Sequence record: MK605244.1
Reading direction: 5' to 3' (one strand)
Source: Nodularia phage vB_NspS-kac65v162
Length of the DNA stretch: 32,000 nucleotides
The stretch's first letter is position 1. Each line of letters begins with the position of its first letter. Shown here one piece after another: positions 7,732 through 18,900 of this stretch. The translations under genes and the position numbers were made by a program. Under the pieces are notes generated by a model. It did no database searches, was not told the DNA's origin, and was given only the letters and a program-made list of their open reading frames with translations.

Positions 7732-8691
7732 TTAAGCAGTAACTCTAATTAAACCAGACTTATCTACCCACCAGCCTGGGACTTGGTAATCAATTGGTGC
7801 GCCTGGTTTATAGGTATTCTTAATTTTAGTGGGCGCTGACTTCCCTGCTGATATTTCTGGATGTAGTTTTCTAAATAGCTTGTCTGTCTCACAGAAAGTA
7901 TTTTGAATATCCGCCACATTCAGAGGAATATTTAAACCATCTGCTTTAGCATAAGGATATTCCGACAAGTTAACCCATTCTAAAGCTGTTTTCAGTGCAT
8001 ATTCAGCATAGTCGAAGCTTACTTTACCCCCTGCGCGATGTATTAGCCCTAGCTTGAATGCTCCACGAACAGCACCAACACCTAAAGCATATAAGGGTTG
8101 AGTATCTTTAAAGCTTTCATGCCACAGCAGATCAAACACTACCTGACTGGCTAGAAAATCCCCAATTCCCTGTATTTTGGTTAGCTGCTCAAATAGCTGT
8201 GATCCTGACCTAATATTGAGTAGTTCACCATCTATATCAAGATTTAGAGATTTAGTTAAAGCTACAGTTCTTTCAGCTATAGCCTTGGCTTTTGGCTCTC
8301 CTGGATTACCCGGAGGAACCATGTAGGCTGTAGTGTATAGCTTACCTTCACCGGAATATTCACTAATCAACTGTGTAAATTGCTCAGGATTGAAAGTCTT
8401 TGTTTCAGGAAAATAATCTCTACTTTTAAGATATTCCCAGAAATGTATTGTTTTAAAGTGGTCAAATATAAACACTCTAAACAGTAGTTCTTCAGGTAAT
8501 TGAGATCCTTTGTACATCACCTCTTTAAGCTGATACTGTGATATACGATCATAAATTCTCTGAATATTCGTGTATTTTGCAGTTCCTAGTTTTGGCTCTC
8601 TGTATAGAGGATCGCTCAATTTCTTGAGGAAAGCTGATTGCCGTAAACTCACAAAGTCTGTGTAATCCTTTGTTAATTCTGTTTTAGTCAT
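7732..8691 (-). CDS. Alpha-glutamyl/putrescinyl thymine pyrophosphorylase-like protein (HMUDK-helical / HhH-glycosylase-like superfamily), 319 aa
   Basis: 'DPLYREPKLGTAKYTNIQRIYDRISQYQLKEVM...ELLFRVFIFDHFKTIHFWEYL' resembles the family pattern 'DPIL..yrFTNvyR.lDRvSQ.li..v...elvFR.llFr.FNkieTWe.L'. Also 'YTTAYMVPPG', HhH-like 'LTKIQGIGDFLASQVVFDLLW', and 'ALGVGAVRGAFKLG'. Confidence 0.6.
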   Translation of the reverse strand: MTKTELTKDYTDFVSLRQSAFLKKLSDPLYREPKLGTAKYTNIQRIYDRISQYQLKEVMYKGSQLPEELLFRVFIFDHFKTIHFWEYLKSRDYFPETKTFNPEQFTQLISEYSGEGKLYTTAYMVPPGNPGEPKAKAIAERTVALTKSLNLDIDGELLNIRSGSQLFEQLTKIQGIGDFLASQVVFDLLWHESFKDTQPLYALGVGAVRGAFKLGLIHRAGGKVSFDYAEYALKTALEWVNLSEYPYAKADGLNIPLNVADIQNTFCETDKLFRKLHPEISAGKSAPTKIKNTYKPGAPIDYQVPGWWVDKSGLIRVTA

Positions 8692-9113
8692 ATCCCTAAT
8701 TTTAATGAGATTAAGAAACCACTAGATACTCTAATCTGGAGATTGCCGTTTCTTATTCACTTGCTACCTACCCGATGCCCTACCTTTGCTTTTATTGTCA
8801 TCCTCTTCATCGTCGCCAATATTGTTCACAAAGTCTAAACTTAGCATATACCTAACCTCATCAAAAATATCAATCTTGCAGAAACGAAACAAGTAAAAGC
8901 TACTAGACACAGCAGAATCAGCATTAGAGATTTAATGCTACTTATGTTATTGGTTTGTTGCATAATCTTATCTACCTTGTTTCATCTATATTACTTTTAC
9001 TGATGTGAAATGTCAAATATTTTAGTAATACTGCTATAACAGTGTGCATAACTGCATGGTTATATACCTATCAAATAATGTATGATGAAAAAGGTATACA
9101 CTATTTTATGAAG

Positions 9114-9716
9114 ATGACTACAAAAGTAACATTACGTGGGCGTGAGTATCAGGCAGAACACCTAACAGACATTAACATTCTGCCTATTTTAAATTTGTTC
9201 GTTGGCTCCAATGGTCGAGAACTACCTTATGTCGGTCTTGACATCTCTAAGTTAAGTCAGGAAATGAAAGCTGCTGTCTCCAAACCAATTATGGATAAGC
9301 TGAGTAAGGCATCAGTGTTGGATGACCTAGCACGATCACTTACCGCGATTTTCCCTACACTCCCCCCCGATCTAGTAGCGTACAGCCGGGATAGTTTTAC
9401 TTTTAATCTTGAGATTAATGAACTTCGTGATATTGCTTTAGCAGTTGGTGCAGCAATTAACGAGAAAAACAAAGACACCACAGTTACACCAGTATCAGAA
9501 ACGGTGACGGCTGAAACACTTACTCAAACCTCGACCGCAACCTATACTCAGCAAGATATTGATGAAAAGCAGGTTAGATTGGTTGATATAAAACAAGAGT
9601 TGACTATATTGCGAGGATTACCAGATTTCCCTGGACGTAATAGCAGAATTGATAACCTGTCTGAGGAAGAGTTATCCCTGTCAGCATGGCTTGGCAACGC
9701 TCAGAAAGTAGTGTAA
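9114..9716 (+). CDS. Hypothetical protein immediately upstream of tape measure; possible tail-assembly component by position
   Basis: The tracked ORF starts at 9042, but 'MTTKVTLRGREYQAEHL' (about 9114) is a more natural start. Positional inference only. Confidence 0.5.
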   Translation: MTTKVTLRGREYQAEHLTDINILPILNLFVGSNGRELPYVGLDISKLSQEMKAAVSKPIMDKLSKASVLDDLARSLTAIFPTLPPDLVAYSRDSFTFNLEINELRDIALAVGAAINEKNKDTTVTPVSETVTAETLTQTSTATYTQQDIDEKQVRLVDIKQELTILRGLPDFPGRNSRIDNLSEEELSLSAWLGNAQKVV

Positions 9717-9729
9717 CTACAGACACAAA

Positions 9730-9756
9730 AAACCCACCTAGCTGTCTGGTGGGTTT
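9730..9756 (+). terminator. Hairpin terminator between the 9114-9716 gene and the tape-measure gene
   Basis: AAACCCACC-TAGCTGTCT-GGTGGGTTT. Confidence 0.6.
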
Positions 9757-9904
9757 AAGTATAAATTGATAGCGGAGTAAGTAAAAGCTAACATATATAT
9801 ATATAGACGCTCTATTGGACTAATTACCGTTGCGGTTAAAACCTCTTGCGTCGCTTCCCCCTCAATATTAGAGTGATTGAGTTTACTACTTATCAGGCGT
9901 TCTT

Positions 9905-12900
9905 ATGACTATCTCCACTATTGATCACGCGCTCCGTATAATTAGCAATAAAACGGCTGCTGCAGCATTAGAAGTTAATAAAGCTTTTAATCAATTTCCT
10001 GAAAATTTACAATTATCTTTAGATTATAGTAATAATTCTGATACAGAATCGGCTGAGACATTAGAGCAATCGGCGGGTACACAGCAACCTATTGAAAATA
10101 GTCTATTAACTTCTAATCCTTTAGCGCAAATTGATTCTACTGAAACCCTACAACCTGAGCAGATACAGTCTGAAACTGTTATCTCCCCTGAAACGCATCT
10201 GTTAAAAGATGCTAATAGGGTGCTGGCAGATTATTCTAGAAGCTCAGACAACACTAAGCCTGACAAACCAGAACAGTTAGTCCAATCTAAGCAAGGTGAG
10301 GCAGTTAATGTATCACTATTTAGTCAGCCGGAACAGTACGAGCTAGCTACAGAAAAAGTGCAACCAACAGCAAATCCTTTACAAGTAGATATAACTGTTA
10401 ACCCCATCAAGGCTGATCAGAAGTTGGATTCTGTAGCTCTAAGTAATGGCTCATTTACCGTTGAACAACTAAGAAATTCTAACCCAACTGAGCGATCACT
10501 AGAAAATAAAGAAAATTCTCCAAAAGTTGATCAAAACCTATATCAGACTGCTAGTAACCCATCTGATGACGAGGCTCTAACTTTACCTGAAAATCTGGAT
10601 GTAATTATCACTAATGGTGCTGATTTAGATACTAAATCTGACGACGTAATAAAAGCAGATAATCAGAAGGGCTATACACCAAATATTTCTCAACCTGGGG
10701 ATAGTGCTTTACCAATAGTAACCAGCACTAATAGTGTCACAGTAAATCAGGACGCTATAGATATCACTACAGTGGGGAAAGCAGGAGGTCTAGAGCCGCA
10801 GCAACTTACTGCTAATACCTTTACAGACTCATTATTACTATCCGAACCCGCAGATTTGAGCAGCAGCACTATTATAGCCGCAACTGATAAAGTACCCAAC
10901 CAAAACATAGCTTTAACCGCAACTAACCCGGCAAACGAACAGGCGGAAACCATCAGTGTATTAGGTGATGCAACTAAGGTAAACCCTGCAAACCTATCTG
11001 AAAATGTAGCCCAGATAACGACCATAGATAATTCAGGAAACATATCAAATCAGATTACTAACCAGGCTGCAAGCGATCGTACCACTAAGAATGATGCATC
11101 TGACATTAGCACTATAGGTATAGATGTAGACGAAACAGTCAAAAGCAACCTTAATGGTACTGATATAATATCCCTGACTCCTAGTAGCCGTGGCGGTGGT
11201 GTTACTGGCGGCGATCAACCTATATCTGAAGTACAATCTGGTACTCTTATTAAGTCCGATAATTCAGAGGAATCAGTTGAGAAAGTACAGGGGGTGTCAA
11301 CTCCTGGTGCGCTTGCTGCTAACTTAGATGTAACACAGGAGAATCTAAACCTTTCACAGGATCTCAATAAACAAGTTGATACCGCAAGCAGCCGTGAGAA
11401 GTCTACAAATTTAGACGTTGGGCTAGTGACATCAGCTTCGCCACAGTTAGTTACAAGTGCGGATGTTACACAGTTAGTCGCCACAACCCAAGAGGCTACA
11501 GACAAGGGGGACGCACAGCCTGATCAGTTAAATTACTATTGGACTACTACCAATGTTGATGTAAAACAGCAGGGTAGTCAACCATCTCCAATCAGAAGCT
11601 CTCCTTTACCTACGGATAGTTCATCTCTAAGTCCCAACCCATATCTAGCGCCTGGATTCGCAATTGATGGTATAGAGTACACTACTACTACTACTACTGA
11701 CCAGTTGGGTGCGGTAGAGCAGCCTGATCAAACCTATGTAGGTAGTCCTACTATATACAACCAGACTGAGCGTGTCATTAATGAAGACAGCACAGCACTC
11801 AATAATCGAGAGATATCTACTTATGAAGATAACAAATCTGTAGAAAGGCAAAAACTTGATACAGGGTTGGGTGCTGAGTCATTTAGTGGTGAAAATAGCA
11901 GCAACACACAGTCATTCACAGATGACGCAGTGCTAGTTAGGGGTACAGTTATTATTCCTGGTAGTGACCTAAACGCTGCTGCTAATACGTATTTTGGTGC
12001 ATCACAAACATCTGAATCTACATCACAATCTCTGACCACAGGTGCTACTATCAAACAGTCAAAAACCGCAGATGACCTCACACCTGCAAGTAACTTAGGC
12101 AGCTTTAACACAGCAGCAGGTGATAGCACTGAAGGTTTAGTAAATACTCTACTTACAACCAGCCAGTCTGAGAATTATACTACATCTCAGAAATTAACAA
12201 GTGACTCAGGTATAAGTAGTAGTTCTGACGATCAGATGTTAACCAGCACAGATACTAATAGCCCAAGCACAGTTTCAACATCACTTGCGACCAGCCAAAT
12301 AGTTACTGACGGTGCTGGTACTGATTACTTCCCTAATCTCTCACCAAGCGATCAAGCTGGTGTTAGTAATGTTGAGCAGGTTAACCTCTCTCAAATAGTG
12401 GCTGAAGTAGCTAGTGTCTCTCTTCCTAATACCACACCTAATATTGGTGAAAGTAATAGCCCAGATTATAAAACAACTTTACCTAGGCTGACTAAGATAT
12501 CTAATCAGTTCGGTCAAGAGGTTTATAACACTACGCCCTTATTTAGTGACCTAAGCACATCAGATTTTCTACAGACCAGAGGGTATGCTTTTGGTGGTAA
12601 AGTTCTACCACCAATTTCTAACTCTGGGAGTAAACCTGTTGCTCCCAGTGATACTGTTCCAGCAATGCTTACCCCTGGTGAGTTTGTGGTTAATGCTAAG
12701 GATGCACAGAAAAACTTACCACTGCTGCAACTACTCAATGAAGGTAAAAGCGTTGAAGAAGTCGTAGGTGCTGAAGAAAGGACTAAGGTAAGTCAGTCTA
12801 AGCCTGATACATCTCGCGTTCTCAAACCTACAGATTCAGCGTTCTCAGCCGAATCTGTAAAAGTCCCCGTAATGTTGACTCCTGGTGAGTTCGTAATTAA

Positions 12901-15900
12901 CTCAGAAGCAACACAGGAAAACTTAAACCTTTTACAGAATCTTAATAAAGGTAGTGATGTCACAAACAACAGTGAACAACTTACCAATTTAGAAGTCGGA
13001 AAAGCGATCGCTCCGCCGCAACCCACAGTAAGTAGAGAAACTGTACAGCAACCAACTACAGGTGAGAAAACATTACAACTTGACTCAGCAAAGACTAAGG
13101 AAACCGTTAGTACATCTAAACCACAAGAAAACCAACCCAAGTCAGTTGACATCACCACACTGCCTGTAGACAATGCAGCTTTAAATTCTGACCCCAACCA
13201 AGTACAGGGCTATGCTTCTGGTGGTTTAGTTACTCCCTCGTCTGGTGGTACAGGTTCACCACCTCCTCCCCCACCTCCCACTACTGGTGGAACCCCTAAT
13301 CAACCTGGAGGCTTTGATCCACAGCAGATTCTTAGATTAGCTCAATTTACAAAACAGGCTTACGCTGAAGCAGAAGCTTTAACTAGAGCATTGGGTGTAC
13401 AGGCTAATACTGTGCAAAAAGCTCTTATAGCTATGAAAGCCTTGACTGCTGCTGGGGCTGATTACACTACTCAAGTAGATTTTTTGCGTAAGGCTCTAGG
13501 TATTACGCAATCACAGTTTGATACACTAACAGCTAAACAGGAAGAGTACGCAGAAGCGCAGAAACAGGTTGAACTAAACTCTCCACAAAGAGCCAGTAAA
13601 GTAGCATCATTGGCAAAGTCCACTGGTCAGACTTTTCAAGAGGCAGATGATCTTAGTGTTGATTTACAACTACCACCAGAAGTAATTGAAAAAGCAGTCC
13701 AATCTGTCGATAAACTGAAAAAGTCAGGGGCTGACGTTAACGAACAATTCCAGCTTCTCAATGATACTCTTGGGATTAATTTATCTCAGTTCGAGGAGAT
13801 AGATAGAGTTCAGACTGAGGCTGAATTTAGGAGAATACAATCTGCTGAGGCTATAAAAAGAGCTAAAGAAGCTGCCCTAGCCATTGCCAAGGAAGAACAG
13901 GAACTTGCCAGAAGACCAGCACAAACGCTTAAACTTGCACAGGCGACCAAGCAGCCGTTCCAAGAAGCTGAACGATTTTCTCAGTCAGTCGGGTTGAATC
14001 CAGCTACTATCCTTGAAGCCTTAAATGCAATAAAGCAGTTACAACAGGCTGGGGCTAGTTTAATTGAGCAACAATCATTCTTAAATACTACTCTTGGGAT
14101 AACAGACACACAATTCCAAGAGTTAATTGCTACCCAAGGCAGTTACACCGAAGATCAGAGAGCATTAGCAGAACAGACAGCTAGTGACGCACAAGCGATC
14201 GCCCAACAGCAGCAAGCCGAAAAAGAACGAATAAATGCTGCTAAAGCAGCACAACAAAAGAATAGCGCAACTATATCACTAGCATCTTCCACAGGTTTAA
14301 CTTTTGATGAAGCTGCACAGAAATCGCAGTCTATTGGACTAGATCCAGCAGCAATACAGCAAGGTTTGGTAGTTATAGATCAGTTGAATGCTGTGAATGC
14401 TGACGCTGCTACCCAATATCAGGTATTAAGCTCTAGTATTGACCTAACAGAAGACCAGTTTGCAGAATTGCAACAGCTTCAACAGGAATTAGCATCTCAG
14501 TCATCTGGTGATGGTGGTGGGTTCCTTGGTAGCCTAAGAGATAGTGCTAAGGGTGTCTTTGATGGCGTATCTAAAATAGGGTTTGCTTTTCAGGGTGTTC
14601 AAGCAATAGTTGCAACGTTCAGAGCGCAATTATCCGGTGCTTATGATAAGTTAGTTCAGCAAAATGTCACTTTACAAGAGCAGTTACTAGGTACACAAGC
14701 GAGTTTAGCCGCTACTAACAGAGTAATTGCTAACGGTCTAGAAATTAAAGATCCAACCAAAGCAATCCAAGCATTAGAAAAGCCGCTTGCAGATGCGATC
14801 GCTCGTCTTCGAGAATCTTCACTCGACCTTGTAGGCGTTACTAGTGCGGATTTAATACCTATATTCCAATTTATAGCTCAGGAATCCACAAATATAGGGG
14901 CTAGTCTAAGTGAAAGCTCAGACTTAACAGTGTCTTTCGCAGCAGCAATGGGGACTCTTAAAATACCACTTTTTCAGGCACGTCAGGAGATTTTGAGTAT
15001 CCTGCAAGGTCAAATCATCATGGACTCTCAGTTGGCTAAAAACATTGGTTTGAACAATGAAATGGTCAACAAGTGGAAAGCCCAAGGTGTGCTTGTTGAA
15101 AGATTAAATGAAAGATTAGCAGCATTCGCATCGGGTAATAAATTAGCAGCGCAAACTATTGATGGTATCGGCTCCAACATTCAGGAAATTCTAGATGAGG
15201 TTACAAGATTAGCGGGTGAACCGTTACTAGACCCAATAGTTAAGCAGTTGGGTTTACTCTATGATTTCCTCAAAGATAATAAGGAGGAACTGGCGGCTGT
15301 AATCAGTGACGCTATTAACTTTTTCCTTACAGTTGGAGATAGTCTAGCCTTAGTAATCGAAGGATTAAAACCTGTATTTGAGTCATTAGCGTCAATTGGG
15401 TTAGATACTTTTTCTGCTGCTGGTCAGTTGGCAGCATCTGTAATCAACTCACTAATAGCTGTTTTAGTAGCTATGACACCTGTGCTTGCTTCACTGCTGG
15501 GGATCATTTTGCCAGTAATAGAAGCACTTGCAGAATTCGCAGCTACGGATGTAGGTCAGATACTTTTGCAGGTTGTTCTTTCAGTCACATTACTCAGTAA
15601 CTCCCTAGTCGTCTTTAAAGTTACCTTAGTTGCTGCAAACGTAGTCCTTACACTCTTCACTACTGCTCTAGCAGCAAGTGGTGGTGGTTTGGTTGGCTTT
15701 CTTGTTGCTTTAACTAAAGTTTATCCTGGATTAGCACTATTTACGGCTATGGTCGCTAAGGCGGGTGGTAGTATCGTTGGATTCACAGCAGCTTTAGGGG
15801 CATCTTTACTGCCGATAGTTGCTGCTGCTGCTCCGTTTGTCGGGCTTGCTGTCGCCGTGGGTTCAGTTCTTGCCTTGATATCTGCTGGTATGGCGGAGGA

Positions 15901-18900
15901 TAAGCAGAGAGCAATAAATGAGTATGGTAAACAGTTCAACACTGTAGCTGATAACGCGCTCAAGACTTCACAAGCGCTTAAGGACCTCAACGATACAGAA
16001 AAGATAACTGGTAAACTGACTGAGGAAGAGACTAAGAAACGCGATCAACTAAGGAAAGTTGCTGGTAATCAAGTTGAGTTGATCAAGGCTCAGGTAGATG
16101 AACTTAAAAAATTCAACCAAGCCAACCCCAATAATCAGACTAAGGTTCAGATATCTTTAGCCGAGCGTTATATAAAAACGCTCGAAAATCAGTCAGGTGC
16201 TACCAAAACCACAGCTAAAGATGTTGAGGACTTGGGCAACTCTTATGAGCAAATGGGTAACTTAGCACGAGATGCTCAAACCAAACTTAATTACGACGGA
16301 TTATCAAACGCCCCGGCTGCAACCACGGCTGACTACCAAAAAGCGGCTGATGATCTACTTAAAATTACAGCTAAAGCCTACGAATTGGGGCAGTTAGCAG
16401 CTACAAACTCGGCTGAAATCGGCAAGCGATCATCGGAAATAGCGATCACCCTTCTAGAACAAATCCGAGATGATACAAAGCTGACATATGAGACACAACT
16501 CGCAGCACAGCAAGAGATTACCAAAGTCAGACAGATTGAGGTTGATAAGCAGGTAGCTGGTGTTGAGATACAACAGTCTAAAATTCAGTCTTTAATATCA
16601 GGTGAAGTTGTTTCTCAGCAAGAAGGTCAACGTAGAATTTCGCTTGAGAAGGAGAAGCAGCTAAATATCCAAACCGAAGCATTACGGAAGCAACTAGCTG
16701 AGGAAATAGAATTGCGCCGTAGATTGGTAGAAGGTAACTCTCAGGAAACTAAAGAGAGTATTACACGTATTCAGTCTGAAATTGCAACCATAGAAGCCAA
16801 AGGGACTGACGATAAATTATCTGAGCAAGACAGGGCAAACAAACTGAGGTTACAGTCTGAACTTAACTATTTGCAAGAAGTAGCCAAGCAAAAGAGCTTA
16901 GTTGAGGATGTTGATAAAGAACTCATTGACAATGAGAAAAAACGTGCTGAAATCACCAAAAAGATACGGGATGATGAAGCCGCAGGTAAGAAAGCTAACC
17001 CGGATGACGTTTCTGAAGCTAGACGTTTACAGGCTGTAACCGATCAGTTAAATGCTAAAAAAGAATCAGCACAAGCCAGTCTGAAAGAGGAGACAAAATC
17101 ACAGACTGACATTAAAAATAATATCTCCAAAAACGAAGCTGCTATTGCATCCGAACAGAAAGCGAGGCTAGATGCTAGTAGACAAGAACGCTTAAAAGAC
17201 TATGATGAGCAGTTGCAAGAAACTGACTCACTTTACAGTCGTTATCTAATTACTCAGGAAGAATTTAATTTAAAATCCCGTGATTTAGCCGTTGCCAAAG
17301 CTAAGGATGAACTTAATCAACTGAGTGAACTAGCTAAAACCACCACAGACAAGGAAGGACTAGAAGTGATTGGTGCTAGACAGTCTGTTCTGTTCAAGGA
17401 GATAGAAGACATTGAGGAGAAATATTTAGCTGACAGGGCAAAAAACAAGCAAACGTTCCTTGATGTCGAACTTAAACAACTAGAGGCGAACTATGCTGAG
17501 GGTAATGTTTCTACAGCAGAGTATAATGATCAGTCTTTTGAGCTTGCCCGGGAAAGGACTACTAATGAAATAGCCGAGATTAATCGTATTCGGGCTTATA
17601 CTAGGTCAGATGATGCAGTTAGGCTCGCTGAACTTGATGCAAGAGAAGCAGAGGTGCGATCACGGTTCCAGGCTAGTCAAGAAAAGCTTCGCCAAGAGCA
17701 AGTATCACAGCTAGAACTGGCTCAGAAGGAATCCTTGCAAGTAGTCAAAGAATCTGAGATCGAGCGCTTAACCACTATAAGTCAGTTGGAGTCAGACTTA
17801 GCCATTAAACGTGAGGAAGCTGACGTACTAAAAGGTGAGGCTGCAAGAGAGACGGCTGAGGCTGAAATCGAACTTGAGAAAGAGAAATTAGACCAGCTTG
17901 AGGCGCTACAACCTCTAGATAATGAGCAGATGGAGCGTGAGCGTTTACTCAACCTCGCTGGATTACGTTTATCTATTGCACAGCGTACTAAGTCATTAAT
18001 TGATGATGAGGTGCAGCAGCGTGAACGTTTATATAACGTCATTGCTGACAGGCTAAGTAAAGAACAGAAGCAACTTCAGAATATTGCTACTGAAAAACAG
18101 CAAGCAATTCAAAAGGAGACACAGTTACAAAGCTTCCTTAAAACCTCGCTAGACCAGCAAAACCAGTTACTCAACGCTAGAAAGGACTTAGTTAGTAGTA
18201 CCCAAAACTTCCTTACTGGTCAATTAAGTATCTTAAGTCAGACTACTAAGAATAGCCGTGAACAAAAAGCCATAGCGGAGGCTGAGGCTCAAATCAGATT
18301 AAACTCAGTTCAGTCCCAGTTTGAGACAGAAAGATTATTACTTGATCTTAAGATCCAGCAGCGCGATTTGGCTTTAGAACAGCAGAAGATACAACTAGAA
18401 TCTCAAGCCATAGCCGCTCAAGCTGAGGGGAAACAAGCTGAGATAGAGTTGAGAAAACTGGAGGCTAGAAGGAAGCAAGGGCTGAGGGTAAGCGACGATG
18501 AGTTTGAAATTGCGAGATTAAATATTGAAGGTAATCAAATAAAACAATCGGGTATTGCACAACAACAAGTCGGACTGGAAAGACAGGGGCAAATTAATCA
18601 AGTTCTAGATCAACAAGAATTACTCAAGTTAAACCGTGAGGAGGTGCTGGCAAGTGACAAAGCTAGGTTAGATTTAGCTAATAACAGAGTTAGGCGATCT
18701 GATAGGCGGAGGGATATCCGTGAGTTGAGAGAGGATATTGGCGAAAGGTTGGATGTAGAGAACTTATCTGGTGAGGGTATCTCTAGAAAGAAAATTGTGG
18801 CATTAGGGAGGAATTTTGACCCCGGCAGATTGCAGTTGCCGAGGCTACTAGATGGTAATGGGACTAATCAGCAAGATACCGGGAGGAGGCAAGAGGTCAA

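Noticed and set aside
11685-11705. Short ACT triplet run (microsatellite-like)
   Set aside because: Only a few units encoding a Thr run in a Ser/Thr-rich coding region; no evidence of regulatory function.
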